Below are positions 27,262 to 37,759 of a stretch of DNA of 64,000 nucleotides, piece by piece. Numbering within the stretch: the first letter of the stretch is position 1; every line of letters starts with the position of its first letter. Below the pieces are notes generated by a model, which worked only from the letters and a program-made list of their open reading frames with translations, did no database searches and had not been told where the DNA came from. Source of the stretch: an uncultured virus (IMG/VR IMGVR_UViG_3300024302_000003) (Duplodnaviria; Heunggongvirae; Uroviricota; Caudoviricetes); the IMG/VR virus record IMGVR_UViG_3300024302_000003, one strand, 5' to 3'. The translations under genes were made by a program, and so were the position numbers.

Positions 27262-27942
27262 ATGCATTCAAGCGCCTTCTTAACTGAATTAAATTTATCT
27301 GCGGATCCATGGTCACCCTCTAATGATAGTGTGACTACTATGTATACTCTAATGGAGCTTAGCTCTCCTAAGTCTATTTTATTCTTAGGAGCGTCTAATG
27401 CTTCCATTATAGGATCAATGTATGCTTACCAGAACTATGCCAAAGTTCATATTGTAGAAGAACATGAAGCTATTCTACAACATGTTCAAAAAAAAGCTGG
27501 AGTATACAAGGAGGGAGTCACCACTGAGATCGTCTCCACGATAGAAGAAAAGGTGCAGTTAGAGGCTAAGTTCAAACAACCCTTACATGCTGATCTTGAT
27601 GTTGCTGAGGAATACCGCAATAAACATGACATGCTCTTATCTAAACCCTGGGAGGGGGAGCGTGTTACCTCGCGCTATAAAAAGGTAACAGGTAAGTATG
27701 ATTTTGTCGTAGTTGATGGACCGCGTAAAAGTGGACTTGGTAGAGCCCTCCCTTTAATGGAAGACATCTTGGAGGAAAAATGCTTAATACTATGGATGAA
27801 CGGGATGCACGATCTAGTTATAGAAGCTATAAAGTACTTTGATCATGACGCTAGGTACTATGATAATTCTCTATCTAGCTTCCATCTAGATACAAGAGAT
27901 GGACTAGTGATTACACGAATTCTTGATGAGGAGATTATTTAA
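27262..27942 (+). CDS. class I SAM methyltransferase-like protein
   Basis: PKSILFLGA...YDFVVVDGP. Confidence 0.55.
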   Translation: MHSSAFLTELNLSADPWSPSNDSVTTMYTLMELSSPKSILFLGASNASIIGSMYAYQNYAKVHIVEEHEAILQHVQKKAGVYKEGVTTEIVSTIEEKVQLEAKFKQPLHADLDVAEEYRNKHDMLLSKPWEGERVTSRYKKVTGKYDFVVVDGPRKSGLGRALPLMEDILEEKCLILWMNGMHDLVIEAIKYFDHDARYYDNSLSSFHLDTRDGLVITRILDEEII

Positions 27943-28495
27943 ATGAAATGGTACGAAGAAGAAGCAGACAAGTACGATAAAGTATGGGATAGAGGGTACG
28001 CTGGAACTCCTTCCAACTCTTTAGATGTATTTAATCTAGATAGAAATTTAAAGGTATTAGATATAGGCTGTGGCTGCGGTGAGTTTTCACATCGGTTTAC
28101 TGACTACACCGGTATTGATATTTCTAAAAGCGCTATAGAACTAGCTAAGAGAAGAAGGAAAGACGCGACCTTCCATATAGGAGGCTTTCATTCTTTAAAT
28201 TTATTTAAAGACGATAAGTTTGAATTAGTGATATCAGTAGATGTACTAGAGCATCTTCCTCCAGAAGTAGTAGAAGAATGTCTATTAAACACCTCTAAAC
28301 TATCGTCTAAGCTATTCTCTTTTTAACATTAGTACGAGACCTTCTGGTATATTAGATCTAGAAGGAGGAAACCTACACCTTACAGTATGGCAACCAAAGG
28401 AATGGAAAACCATCTTGTCTAAATACTTTCATATAATCAAAGAAGTAATAGGTCATGACACGTACAAGGTACTACTTAGTAATATAGATAGATAG
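27943..28495 (+). pseudogene. class I SAM methyltransferase split by a +1 frameshift (or recoded)
   Basis: VLDIGCG and DVLEHL in frame 0 to TTT-TAA (28321-28326); the +1 frame continues NISTRPS...NLHLTVWQPKEW to TAG 28495. Confidence 0.7.
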
Positions 28496-29596
28496 TACAG
28501 GATCCATACTTAAGTTAAAAGATTCTTCTGTATGTTCTACTGGACTGCCCCCATGAGGATCAATTGAACTCCACATGTAAATCTTATCATCCGTTAAATC
28601 TCTAGCGAGCTGTATCAACCCATTTGGAGTATACTCTCTAATATGAAATTTATTGGAACATCTAGATACGTTATAATTAGGTGTAGTAAGAACAACTCCA
28701 TCTTTACTTAGATTATATAGAGACTCTAGAAATTTAGTATCCTCATAAACATGCTCGATCACATCAAAGCATGTTACGACATCAAACACTTCTTCTATCT
28801 TTTCAATTGAACAAGCAAAATCAACATCTAACCCTGGCCCTATATCCTGTAGCATTACTTGATTACCACCAGTCTCCAACCTCTTTTTAGAAAGCCCTAG
28901 CCCAGCCCCAACATCTAAAATAGATTTAGATTTGAAATAGGATCCAAAAAAGGATTGCCACCCTTGTTGATAGTCCTCTCTTCCCTGCTCTCCAGAGATC
29001 TCTCCTAGATCCATAAAATTAGGATTATCTCCACACATTTGTAATATTAAACTTTCTTCCTGAATAGAAGAGTGAGTTATATGAGAAGTGTCCTCTGCAG
29101 AGTAATAATGAAGATTACTATTCTTAAAGAAGTCAAACCCAAATAGGTTATCTTTATCAATCGTACCTATTACTTTGTATAGCCAAAAAAGAAAAGAACA
29201 TCCACTGCTAGGCTTGTCTACGTAAGTCAATAATTCTTTGTAAATACCCATAGGCATATACAATACGTCAGAATCTTCATCGACTAGTTTAAAGTTCGAA
29301 TCTGCGAAATGAGGTTGAATCTCTAAAAGTTCAGGATCATCTAATGGAAATGGACATATAACAGAAAACTTACCAAGAGGATGAATGATATATGACCACA
29401 TTGAGGTAACCCAAACAGATGTTTTTTTTCCTGAATATTTCTCAAATTTCCCTATATAAAAATTATTGAAACGAAAAACTAAGTCAGCTGAGTCAATCAA
29501 ATACCCTAGCTCATTAACTAAGACACTAGGACCATTCCCTACTATAGCTACTGTCTTACCTTCTACTAATTCTTTTAAACTGTTAGTTGTAATCAT
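28472..29596 (-). CDS. GT29 (sialyltransferase-like) domain fused to a SAM methyltransferase
   Basis: VAIVGNGPS...IDSADLVFRFNN, PSSG, GFDFF, HYY; then ILDVGAG, FDVIEH, TTPN. Confidence 0.78.
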   Translation of the reverse strand: MITTNSLKELVEGKTVAIVGNGPSVLVNELGYLIDSADLVFRFNNFYIGKFEKYSGKKTSVWVTSMWSYIIHPLGKFSVICPFPLDDPELLEIQPHFADSNFKLVDEDSDVLYMPMGIYKELLTYVDKPSSGCSFLFWLYKVIGTIDKDNLFGFDFFKNSNLHYYSAEDTSHITHSSIQEESLILQMCGDNPNFMDLGEISGEQGREDYQQGWQSFFGSYFKSKSILDVGAGLGLSKKRLETGGNQVMLQDIGPGLDVDFACSIEKIEEVFDVVTCFDVIEHVYEDTKFLESLYNLSKDGVVLTTPNYNVSRCSNKFHIREYTPNGLIQLARDLTDDKIYMWSSIDPHGGSPVEHTEESFNLSMDPVLSIYITK

Positions 29597-30269
29597 TAAT
29601 ATCCATCCATTCTTTAGGAAACTCTCTTCTTATATCTCCTGGCCCAAATCCAGGAGAATTTTCAGGTATACTTAATGCGTAATCTGAAATTATAACATTA
29701 TGCCCCCAGCAATTCCACTTCTTGCATCCAGGGAAAAAGTGCTCCTGTTTCTCAGGCGTTAGAGCTTTTAAGTGTGTTATTAAACCTATATCTACAGCGT
29801 AATGCAGGATGGCGCCTCGTTGCCTACACCTATGAAGATAGTCATCGTCTTCATAACCCCATCCTACTAGCTCTTCGTTAAAACTTAAATGAGAGAAGAG
29901 CGCTTTAGGCACAACCATATTACCTGTATGCGCCCCTGTAGTATAGGAGCCTATTCTGGGAAACAGGATACGCTCATCTAAATAAGGCTTGATACCCTCA
30001 CCTACTTCTGGTGATATAAGAATATCAGCATCTGCAAACCAAATGTAATTCATCTCCTTTAACACCTCGGCTCCTAGGTTGTTGGCAAGAGATCTAGAAT
30101 ACACATCACTAGTCTGGTGAAAGACGTAGTAATCCTCTTTAGCTTCTTTATAGCGCTGTATGTTATTTTGCTCTACTACGCAGACAATAAAACCTGCTTC
30201 CTTAAATGCGGAGACGCATTTATAGATAGAAGCTCTATTGCGTACGCCTATTACTATACCTACGTGCAT
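29583..30269 (-). CDS. GT-A glycosyltransferase (GT2/GT7-like)
   Basis: VVEQ, RSLANNLG, FADAD, FNEELVGWGYEDDD. Confidence 0.82.
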   Translation of the reverse strand: MHVGIVIGVRNRASIYKCVSAFKEAGFIVCVVEQNNIQRYKEAKEDYYVFHQTSDVYSRSLANNLGAEVLKEMNYIWFADADILISPEVGEGIKPYLDERILFPRIGSYTTGAHTGNMVVPKALFSHLSFNEELVGWGYEDDDYLHRCRQRGAILHYAVDIGLITHLKALTPEKQEHFFPGCKKWNCWGHNVIISDYALSIPENSPGFGPGDIRREFPKEWMDINDYN

Positions 30270-30382
30270 TTAATAAGTATAAGAACCACTGCGTGAAATA
30301 CAAGCAAAAAGAGGGTATTAAACTATACAACCTTTATGGGATGCTACTTTTTATTGCGTCCTAATTTAGAATAAATTTTAAA

Positions 30383-30718
30383 ATGCAAATAAGTGATAAA
30401 ACTTTTTACTCTATAGTAGACTTCGCTGAGAGAAGTGTACGAAATCAAACAGCTCCGTCTAGGGAAGGGGTCTGGGGGATACTAACACGTCTTATAGGAG
30501 CATGGGGATTATATATCCCTATCCTAGAAAGAATCTTAGTAGCGCCTGTGGGTACCTTGGAAGAAGAGGCTTGGGTGTACTATCATGAGGTGGGACACTG
30601 GGCGCTAGTTAGGAAGGGTATTTTCTGTGAAGATGAAAAGGAGGAAGAACAAATCTGTAATGATATTGCCTTCATTCTTATGAATAGAATAGCTGACGAA
30701 ACTTACAAACTAGTTTAA
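30383..30718 (+). CDS. small HExxH (ImmA/IrrE-like) protein
   Basis: YHEVGH...EEEQICNDIA. Confidence 0.55.
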   Translation: MQISDKTFYSIVDFAERSVRNQTAPSREGVWGILTRLIGAWGLYIPILERILVAPVGTLEEEAWVYYHEVGHWALVRKGIFCEDEKEEEQICNDIAFILMNRIADETYKLV

Positions 30719-31155
30719 CGCCTACCTTTACTTTCTGCTTTACCAAAATACTGCTTATAAACAGTTATTGAAATAGTTACAGAAGAATCGAATGGTTCAG
30801 TAATACCATCATGTCTAAACCTGATATATTTAGCATTATAGTCGCTATATCCTAGCGTAGGGAACTCCGCGCTTGAAAAAGCTGGATGCTGAATAGCGCC
30901 CCCTTCTGGCGCTTCGGACCACAAAATACCATCCATTGAAAACTGTACAGCTAGCACAGCATCTTCAGTCCATGCAATGAAATCTCCAGCGGCATCAATA
31001 GCTGAAGGCAAGAAAACCAGACGATCACATTCCCCCACATGTAAAGCAGGTGTTACATTAGCAGAGAGAGAAGATGCTAAATCTGTTACTGCACTGTAGG
31101 TAAGAGTACTATAATCGCCAAGGTTATTATATTCAGTTGTCCATGTAGCTGTCAT
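30715..31155 (-). CDS. probable virion beta-sandwich protein
   Basis: VQFSMDGILW...AKYIRF; structural strand. Confidence 0.4.
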   Translation of the reverse strand: MTATWTTEYNNLGDYSTLTYSAVTDLASSLSANVTPALHVGECDRLVFLPSAIDAAGDFIAWTEDAVLAVQFSMDGILWSEAPEGGAIQHPAFSSAEFPTLGYSDYNAKYIRFRHDGITEPFDSSVTISITVYKQYFGKAESKGRR

Positions 31156-31322
31156 AAACTAATTGTAACTAAATTTCCAAAATAAACTAATGCGTACTCA
31201 AAATTTTATACGTCCACTCACAAGAGGTGTCATATACCTCGTTCAAAATAAAGAACAGATAAAAAAACTTAATAAAAAGACCCTAAGATGGCTCACTAAA
31301 GTTATAATATGTCAGCGCTCTT

Positions 31323-31757
31323 ATGCAGACAATAAAAATAACTACAAAAAGACCAAAGGGTAAGAAGAATAATAATATATTGGCTCGTGGTAGAAATGGA
31401 AAACCTGTTTTCATTCCTAATGCTAAAGCTAAGAAAGACGAAAAAGATATAGCTCTTCTGCTTATAGAAGAAGCTAAAAAAGTCGGATGGGATATACCAA
31501 TAACATCCTATGTTGAACTAGACGTCGAATATGACGCTCTTCTAGATACCGTAACTATTATAGTTACTAGGTTAGATGAGGAACCCCCTAAAACAAAATG
31601 GGGTGGAAGGTACGACATCCAGAATATAATAGATACAGTCGCTGATGCTTTAGAAGTACGTAAATCGCATGATGGAATCATCTGTAATGATAATAGAATC
31701 TCTAGAGTTCAAGCAGTAAGAGCACCCTTACTTAAAAAGCAACCTAAATTAAAATGA
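31323..31757 (+). CDS. RusA-like Holliday junction resolvase
   Basis: PKGKKN, RYDIQNIIDTVADAL, GIICNDNRI. Confidence 0.7.
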   Translation: MQTIKITTKRPKGKKNNNILARGRNGKPVFIPNAKAKKDEKDIALLLIEEAKKVGWDIPITSYVELDVEYDALLDTVTIIVTRLDEEPPKTKWGGRYDIQNIIDTVADALEVRKSHDGIICNDNRISRVQAVRAPLLKKQPKLK

Positions 31758-32551
31758 CTAAAGTAAATTTAAAAACTAAATCCTTCCGTTACCGTGCGGA
31801 AGGTAAAGAACAAAACTATACTGTTCTAACTACTAACCGGAATCAAACACGCTTACGCGGTTTTGATATAAGTGATTTAACCCCTGAACAAGTAAATGAG
31901 GTGCAATCAGCCTGGAAAAAAGTGTCCTACAGAGATATGACGCTAAGTAAAAAAGAGGCTTCTACAATAGCACGTTGTGTCTACGCTTCTTTTAAAACTT
32001 TCCAGCTTGAAAAAGTGCGCTACTTCCATAAGAAATGTCTAGTACACTAATACAAAATAGAAAAGAAGCTATACGCTCATTTATTAAGATTGTGGGAATA
32101 CCAGTCACAGTCAATGAATGTATCGTGTATTTAAACCAAGTAACACAGTATGGTTATGTATCAACTAACCAAAACTCAGCAGTAGCCTCTATGTCCACCC
32201 TCCTCAAAGAGATGACAGGTATAAAGCGCTATAAAAGAGAAGGAGCACGTGATATTGTTTGGTACTTTGAAGATTACCTTAGTGCAGAGAATACTCTAGA
32301 GGGAAACCCTATTAGATTATTCTTATATACACATAGGCGCTATCTTGAAGGACACACCCCTGTTGCCCTGTTAAGAGTATTGAGCGTAAAGGGTTCTGAA
32401 AGCAGTAAGTACCTCCTTAAACTTGCATCACGTAAGGATAGATTAGCTATGATTCGTGGTGATCTAGCGCGAGTTAAGCTAGGACTAGAGAAACAAGAGG
32501 AACAGGTTTTAGTGTCCGGGGTCGTTCCAGGCTAAAAACTAAACCCATTAT

Positions 32552-32588
32552 AAGACCTCTAATTATTGCTAATTAGAGGTCTTTTTTT
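32552..32588 (+). terminator. intrinsic terminator
   Basis: AAGACCTCTAATTA/TAATTAGAGGTCTT 14-bp stem plus T tract. Confidence 0.85.
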
Positions 32589-32683
32589 CTTAAAACACAC
32601 TAAAAAATAAGTACTTTTATAGGTATAAATAAGTATCAGATAATTTCATCTGACAACACTTGTACTTATAGGAGGTACAAAAA

Positions 32684-32953
32684 ATGGATACAAACACAAC
32701 AATGGCCGTAACGGATAGTCTCACGGATAGTCTCGTGCCAGAAAATGGTAAGGGTATTGCACTCCTCATAACAGGGGGGGTGATGGCGGTGCTGGCTGGC
32801 GTACTCATCGGCCGTCGGTGCTATAGCAAAAAGGGCGAGAAGGGCGCTCCTACACCTCCAAAGCCTTCAGAGAGGGTAACCGCCGATGACTCCGCCGGGG
32901 TCCCGGCACAAGAGGCTGATAGTGAAGTTATCGCTGGTGAAGAGGTTAACTAA
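32684..32953 (+). CDS. small single-TM membrane protein in its own promoter-terminator unit
   Basis: GGTATAAAT at 32622, AGGAGG RBS, hydrophobic helix, downstream terminator. Confidence 0.6.
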   Translation: MDTNTTMAVTDSLTDSLVPENGKGIALLITGGVMAVLAGVLIGRRCYSKKGEKGAPTPPKPSERVTADDSAGVPAQEADSEVIAGEEVN

Positions 32954-32957
32954 GATG

Positions 32958-32994
32958 ATAGGAGATATGCTACATGCATATCTCCTATTTTTTT
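32958..32994 (+). terminator. intrinsic terminator
   Basis: ATAGGAGATATGC/GCATATCTCCTAT stem plus T tract. Confidence 0.85.
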
Positions 32995-33618
32995 ACCGAA
33001 ATTTTCTGTTGCAATTTGTATTTAGTATGCTATTTTGGGTTGAGGTGGTGGCTTCATGGGTCACCTGGAATATGAATAAAATGAATATTTAACCCTACTA
33101 CGGCGTTAGCAAAATTTAGCTTTAGCGGTATTTTGCAGAACGACGTCGCCCCTGCGAGGAGTTACACGCTTGTGCAAATAAAGCTTTTCATGGTATAAAT
33201 ATATAGATGGAAAAGGACCTAAAAGATGAAATTCGTGATGAACTCCGTAGAGAAAATAGCGGCGAATATGTAAAGAAGCGTTAAATAACTTTAGTAACTA
33301 TTGAAAATAAATGTAATATTAAATCTTTATTATCTATATTTTTTATTTCTTCTATCACCTTTCTATCTTTTTGATTAACATGCTCTAAGTACTCTTCGCG
33401 TTCAGCAGGGAGCTTAAACGTCCTATAATCAATCTTGTTATATTCTTTTTTTGGAATAGGAGTTTTCTTGATGGTAGTCCTACTCTCCTCCATAGACTTA
33501 TGAGCACTCTCACGTAGCATGTCTTCAACATCTATCGTTGTGCCTTTCTCATCTAAATCCTTGGCTATTTTCTCGTCTTCTTCTGTACGAGAAACTAAAA
33601 AGGCTTGCTCTAAATTTT

Positions 33619-35373
33619 TCATACTTGTGAATTAGGCCCACTCGAAGGTTTCTGATCTGGAATATTATTTGCTTGTTGGGAAGGAGAAGACTTACCCATA
33701 TGCTTATTAACTGCTGCGTAAATATTAGGAGCCTGCTGTTGCATCATTTGTGAATAAAATTGCTGAGCATCAGGGGGGGATTGTTGCATCATATTTCCTA
33801 TAAAACCAACCATATCTTCAGTTGTTGTCATGCTTAAATCCATCGAGCCATCAGTAGGGACTTCAACGTTATAAAGCATGGGCTGACCCAACTCCTCGCT
33901 ATTCATCTTCTGCTGCTTATCCATAGCCTTTTTCATTTCTTCATATATCCGATCAGCCTCTTTCGCTGAATCAAACCCTAATTCGTCTAAAACAGTTTCA
34001 GAGGACATTTTACCCATTTGCATTAAACGCAGCATCAAATCTTTTTGTTGCACATCGTCAGCAGTGCGTAGATTAGTAAACTTAACCTCAAAAGATGGCG
34101 TATCACATACTTTCACTGCAGAAGGGAGTAGGAAGCCATTTATGAATTCAAGAAGCATATTTCGTAGATTAATGAAATCATTCTCAAGCATACGTAACGC
34201 TATAGAACTCGAGCTAAAAGTGGTGCCTCCTATCAAGAACTCTTTTGGTACACCCATTCCCATAGCAATTTCTTCGTTCATATGGCTAAGAGCCGCTGTA
34301 GGGTCCAAACTTCTATGCTGTCCACCTATATAGTCCACGCCGGTAGGAACAGGCATTAAGGGTATATGGTTAGGGTCTTTGCGCCATTGTCTTAATTGCC
34401 CTTCCATATTTTTACTCCAGTTAGACATATCTAAATGTTGATAAATATTTGATTGACCAGAATCGCGAGGATAGACAATCATCAGGGGGTTGATATGCTG
34501 AATGGCGAGTGCTTCAGCCGCTTTCTTGATAACCTGACTATGAAATAGTTCCCTAAGAACACCTTGAATTAGAGGATGACCCCATCCAGTCATTGAGTCG
34601 GCATTGATCCGACAAAAATGGTAAATAGACTCTTCATTTAAAACAATATCTTTATTATATATAGCCGCTTCAACGAAAATTTTAGGGCTTGTTTCAATTA
34701 AAAAACAATCACCAGCTAGTATTTTTTTACGCATACTCGCTGGCATAACAAATCTATATTCGCATTTACCAGATACCTGATTCTTCTCAATACGGAGGTT
34801 TAACGGGTGCAGTAAAACAATACGTGTTTCATCTAAATTCTTTACTGGCTTGTCTATACAAGATATATGTGCATTCTGCACTTTACATCTGGGACATTTA
34901 GCTATTGCCATATCCTGCTTACGTCCCTTGCGCTTCATCCTAAAGAGCTGCCCCTTCTCCTTAAACTTTATCCTAGCTTGTTCTGCTTCTTTATATGTAA
35001 ACTTAGTTTTACATTCTTGACACTCATAGTAGCGTTGATAGGGTGAAACAATTGTTGCGAAAGCATTACCAAAAGCAAAATACTGCATCGCAATATTCTG
35101 ACAGACATCCCTAACCTTTAATACTTTTAAAACATCTTCTGCTTTATCTTGCTTAGCCTCGTCTTCCAATAATGGTATTAGTTTAGTTATAGGATAAGAA
35201 GACATTCTTCTAATAGCTTGCTGGATAATAGGGCTATTGTCTAGGTAATATTGACACCATCTAAACAAGTCTCTTTGTGTACTCGGCAAGTACTTTTTCG
35301 ACATATCGTTGTATGGCGAAGCATAGGCCGAGTTGTTTCCACCAAAAGTAAGATCGTTTGCTTTATATGACAT
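33619..35373 (-). CDS. portal protein with zinc-ribbon insertion
   Basis: SPIIQQAIRRMSSYP, YFAFGNAF, LLHPLNL, GWGHPLI, IAMGMGVP and MSSETVLDELG follow the portal layout; CQEC...CPRC insert. Confidence 0.75.
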   Translation of the reverse strand: MSYKANDLTFGGNNSAYASPYNDMSKKYLPSTQRDLFRWCQYYLDNSPIIQQAIRRMSSYPITKLIPLLEDEAKQDKAEDVLKVLKVRDVCQNIAMQYFAFGNAFATIVSPYQRYYECQECKTKFTYKEAEQARIKFKEKGQLFRMKRKGRKQDMAIAKCPRCKVQNAHISCIDKPVKNLDETRIVLLHPLNLRIEKNQVSGKCEYRFVMPASMRKKILAGDCFLIETSPKIFVEAAIYNKDIVLNEESIYHFCRINADSMTGWGHPLIQGVLRELFHSQVIKKAAEALAIQHINPLMIVYPRDSGQSNIYQHLDMSNWSKNMEGQLRQWRKDPNHIPLMPVPTGVDYIGGQHRSLDPTAALSHMNEEIAMGMGVPKEFLIGGTTFSSSSIALRMLENDFINLRNMLLEFINGFLLPSAVKVCDTPSFEVKFTNLRTADDVQQKDLMLRLMQMGKMSSETVLDELGFDSAKEADRIYEEMKKAMDKQQKMNSEELGQPMLYNVEVPTDGSMDLSMTTTEDMVGFIGNMMQQSPPDAQQFYSQMMQQQAPNIYAAVNKHMGKSSPSQQANNIPDQKPSSGPNSQV

Positions 35374-35376
35374 AAT

Positions 35377-36207
35377 TTATAATAAAGAGATATATCTAGC
35401 TACTTGTATATCTACCATTGAGTGTGTTAAAGCAGCTATGGATGCGCTAAGAGATATTGTGTTTTCATTGTGTGTATTTAAAATAGTGTTAACTTTTTCA
35501 TGTACAGCATTAGTCAATTCTCGTGACGTACCTAACGTAAATAGATGCTGTTGAATATCATTAGGGAAAACATTACCACAATAAAGGTAATTATCGGCAA
35601 ACATTCTAGCAGCTATATAACGATCTACTTCATCGCTCAATTCTCCTTCAGGGTCTATGCTCGTCATTAGTTTGTATAACTCAGCCATCTCCTCTACTGA
35701 GACATGTTGGATAAAACCTGGATGAACTGGTTGTCCACTGATAGCTAAAGCAGCCTTTTCAAATGCCAGATAGCTGTTCCACGTAACTCCCGCCCCCGCA
35801 ACTCGCGTAGCTTGAATCGCTTCCCAAACAGTATCGGGCAAATTCTCTATTTGAAAGTCATCCTTTATAACAACCCTTAATGTCTCTGGCTCCCACTTTA
35901 GAAAACTATCACCATACTTTTTCAGTAAAGTAGTATATATGGATTGCGGAGCAAGCTTATCTACGTCAATAACCTCTTCGATCTCTTCTTTATCCGAAAC
36001 TACTTCACTTACTTCTCCAAGAGATATACTATCCCCGTAATAGGTTGTCTCAAAAATAGTGGCACTTTCTACTGCACCAATATCTGGCAAGGACCCAATA
36101 ATTTCTTTTCCATCTCCTACTAAAACTTCTTTTACTTCTTCAGAAGGTGTAGCAAGGTTTTTGTCGGGGTCGGAACCCCACTTCATAGGTTGTACGAAAG
36201 CTGGCAT
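35377..36207 (-). CDS. probable head morphogenesis protein
   Basis: Directly upstream of the portal in the same operon. Confidence 0.45.
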   Translation of the reverse strand: MPAFVQPMKWGSDPDKNLATPSEEVKEVLVGDGKEIIGSLPDIGAVESATIFETTYYGDSISLGEVSEVVSDKEEIEEVIDVDKLAPQSIYTTLLKKYGDSFLKWEPETLRVVIKDDFQIENLPDTVWEAIQATRVAGAGVTWNSYLAFEKAALAISGQPVHPGFIQHVSVEEMAELYKLMTSIDPEGELSDEVDRYIAARMFADNYLYCGNVFPNDIQQHLFTLGTSRELTNAVHEKVNTILNTHNENTISLSASIAALTHSMVDIQVARYISLL

Positions 36208-37058
36208 TATTCATTGGATGTTAACAAATCGGCTACTATTTTGGAAATCTCTTCAGGTAATGCTGACAAAACCTTTGTTGGAGACGTACTAATTTTCTCA
36301 ATCAATTCTGTGTTAAAATGCCCTTCTAATTTTTTAATGTTATCTAAAACAAACTCGTCCAGTACGTCGGCAGACGCCTCTTTCTTTATTAAAGCCTTTG
36401 GCCATTTGTGAGGGTTATAAAGAGCAGTTTTGTTTATATCAACACTAGCTAAACTACAAACATGCCTAGCTATTTCATATAGCTCCTTTGCGGGCAAGGG
36501 TACCCCATCAGTAGCTATTTTCTGAATGCTTTGTACAAGTGCATCTTTTTTTGTACAGATTTCATTCTCTTTTAATATATAAGAAAGCTCATATGCAGCT
36601 TGTTTTACAAAGGAGTCTTCTACACCAAAATCTAAATTTTCCTCGCTTGCAATATTAGATATACTTTGAATAATAGAAGAAGCATCTTTTGCTATCTTAA
36701 TAGGCTCATAATCTGCTAGAGCTTTTCTATAAGGAACCATTCGATTAGTTATACTAGAATCGCTGTACATAGCCACTTTCTCAGTAGGGGCTAATGCATA
36801 TTTAGAGCAAGCAGCATCCAAAAAAGTTGCGGCGGTCCTCCTATGTAAAGGCATTAAACGACTAGCATACTTCTCGAAAGACTCTATGGAATTCTCCACA
36901 TCTTCTTTAGAAGCAAGGGGGTACTTTCTTCCTATCTTACCTTCATAGTCTTCTAATACTAGAGCATAGTCAGCTATAGCAAAAGGGGAACTACTAATTT
37001 TAGTAATTCCAGGGTTCTCGTCAACCCAATCAAGTATTCTTCCAGATAATTTAAACAT
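36207..37058 (-). CDS. probable processed head protein rich in K-x-A/S motifs
   Basis: KVA, KIA, KQAA, KTA, KEAS, KIS recur; RKYPL motif. Confidence 0.5.
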   Translation of the reverse strand: MFKLSGRILDWVDENPGITKISSSPFAIADYALVLEDYEGKIGRKYPLASKEDVENSIESFEKYASRLMPLHRRTAATFLDAACSKYALAPTEKVAMYSDSSITNRMVPYRKALADYEPIKIAKDASSIIQSISNIASEENLDFGVEDSFVKQAAYELSYILKENEICTKKDALVQSIQKIATDGVPLPAKELYEIARHVCSLASVDINKTALYNPHKWPKALIKKEASADVLDEFVLDNIKKLEGHFNTELIEKISTSPTKVLSALPEEISKIVADLLTSNE

Positions 37059-37677
37059 TATATTCCTTATATTGTTTGAAAAGCTTATTAACGCTGCGAG
37101 GCTTAATTAACTTAGACAAGGTTATTTTACTCTTATCTATAGTAATACGCCAATCTTCGTTACATTCTCTTGTTTTTAAACACTGGGGGTATCCATCACA
37201 AGTTAGTACAGCATTATGTTCCTTCCATGCACATTGTTTAATTCCTGGACAGTTTCCAGGTGTCCCCGTTATGGGCTCTAAACGAAGGGTTCCCTCTAAC
37301 CCTTTCTTGCTCGTATGTATTTGTATATAGTCTACAAAGAGTTCTGCTATCTCCCATGCAAACACTTGTATATTACATTTGGGACAGTACTGTCCTTTAA
37401 TGTATTCCTCGTGTTTTTTTGTATCGTAAGAATATACTTTGTCGTTTACTATCTTTATTTTAAAAAGATACTGATATAGAACATTTAAATGTGTTCCACA
37501 GTGTGGACAAGGTTGATCTGACATCCCCTTAAAAACTTCAGAACCTTCACTGATATCTTTACGCAGGGGAGCCTCATAAACCTCGATAAGTTCCGTAGTT
37601 TTATCTGCATACACAACAAGCAAAAAGCCTGGCTTAGTAGGCTTAATGCTTACAATTTTCTTTTTATTTTTAGACAC
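37051..37677 (-). CDS. Cys-rich hypothetical protein
   Basis: CPHC...CPKC and further Cys; GTG start. Confidence 0.5.
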   Translation of the reverse strand: MSKNKKKIVSIKPTKPGFLLVVYADKTTELIEVYEAPLRKDISEGSEVFKGMSDQPCPHCGTHLNVLYQYLFKIKIVNDKVYSYDTKKHEEYIKGQYCPKCNIQVFAWEIAELFVDYIQIHTSKKGLEGTLRLEPITGTPGNCPGIKQCAWKEHNAVLTCDGYPQCLKTRECNEDWRITIDKSKITLSKLIKPRSVNKLFKQYKEYNV

Positions 37678-37759
37678 TTTTTAGCGCGTGAAACTTAAAA
37701 CGCGGAGGTTACTAGGTATAAAATAATAAGGCATTTCGCTAAAAATTCAAAACATAGTC

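Noticed and set aside
32711..32734. 12-nt tandem duplication ACGGATAGTCTC
   Set aside because: Simple in-frame slippage (TDSL x2); no sign of an att site or target duplication
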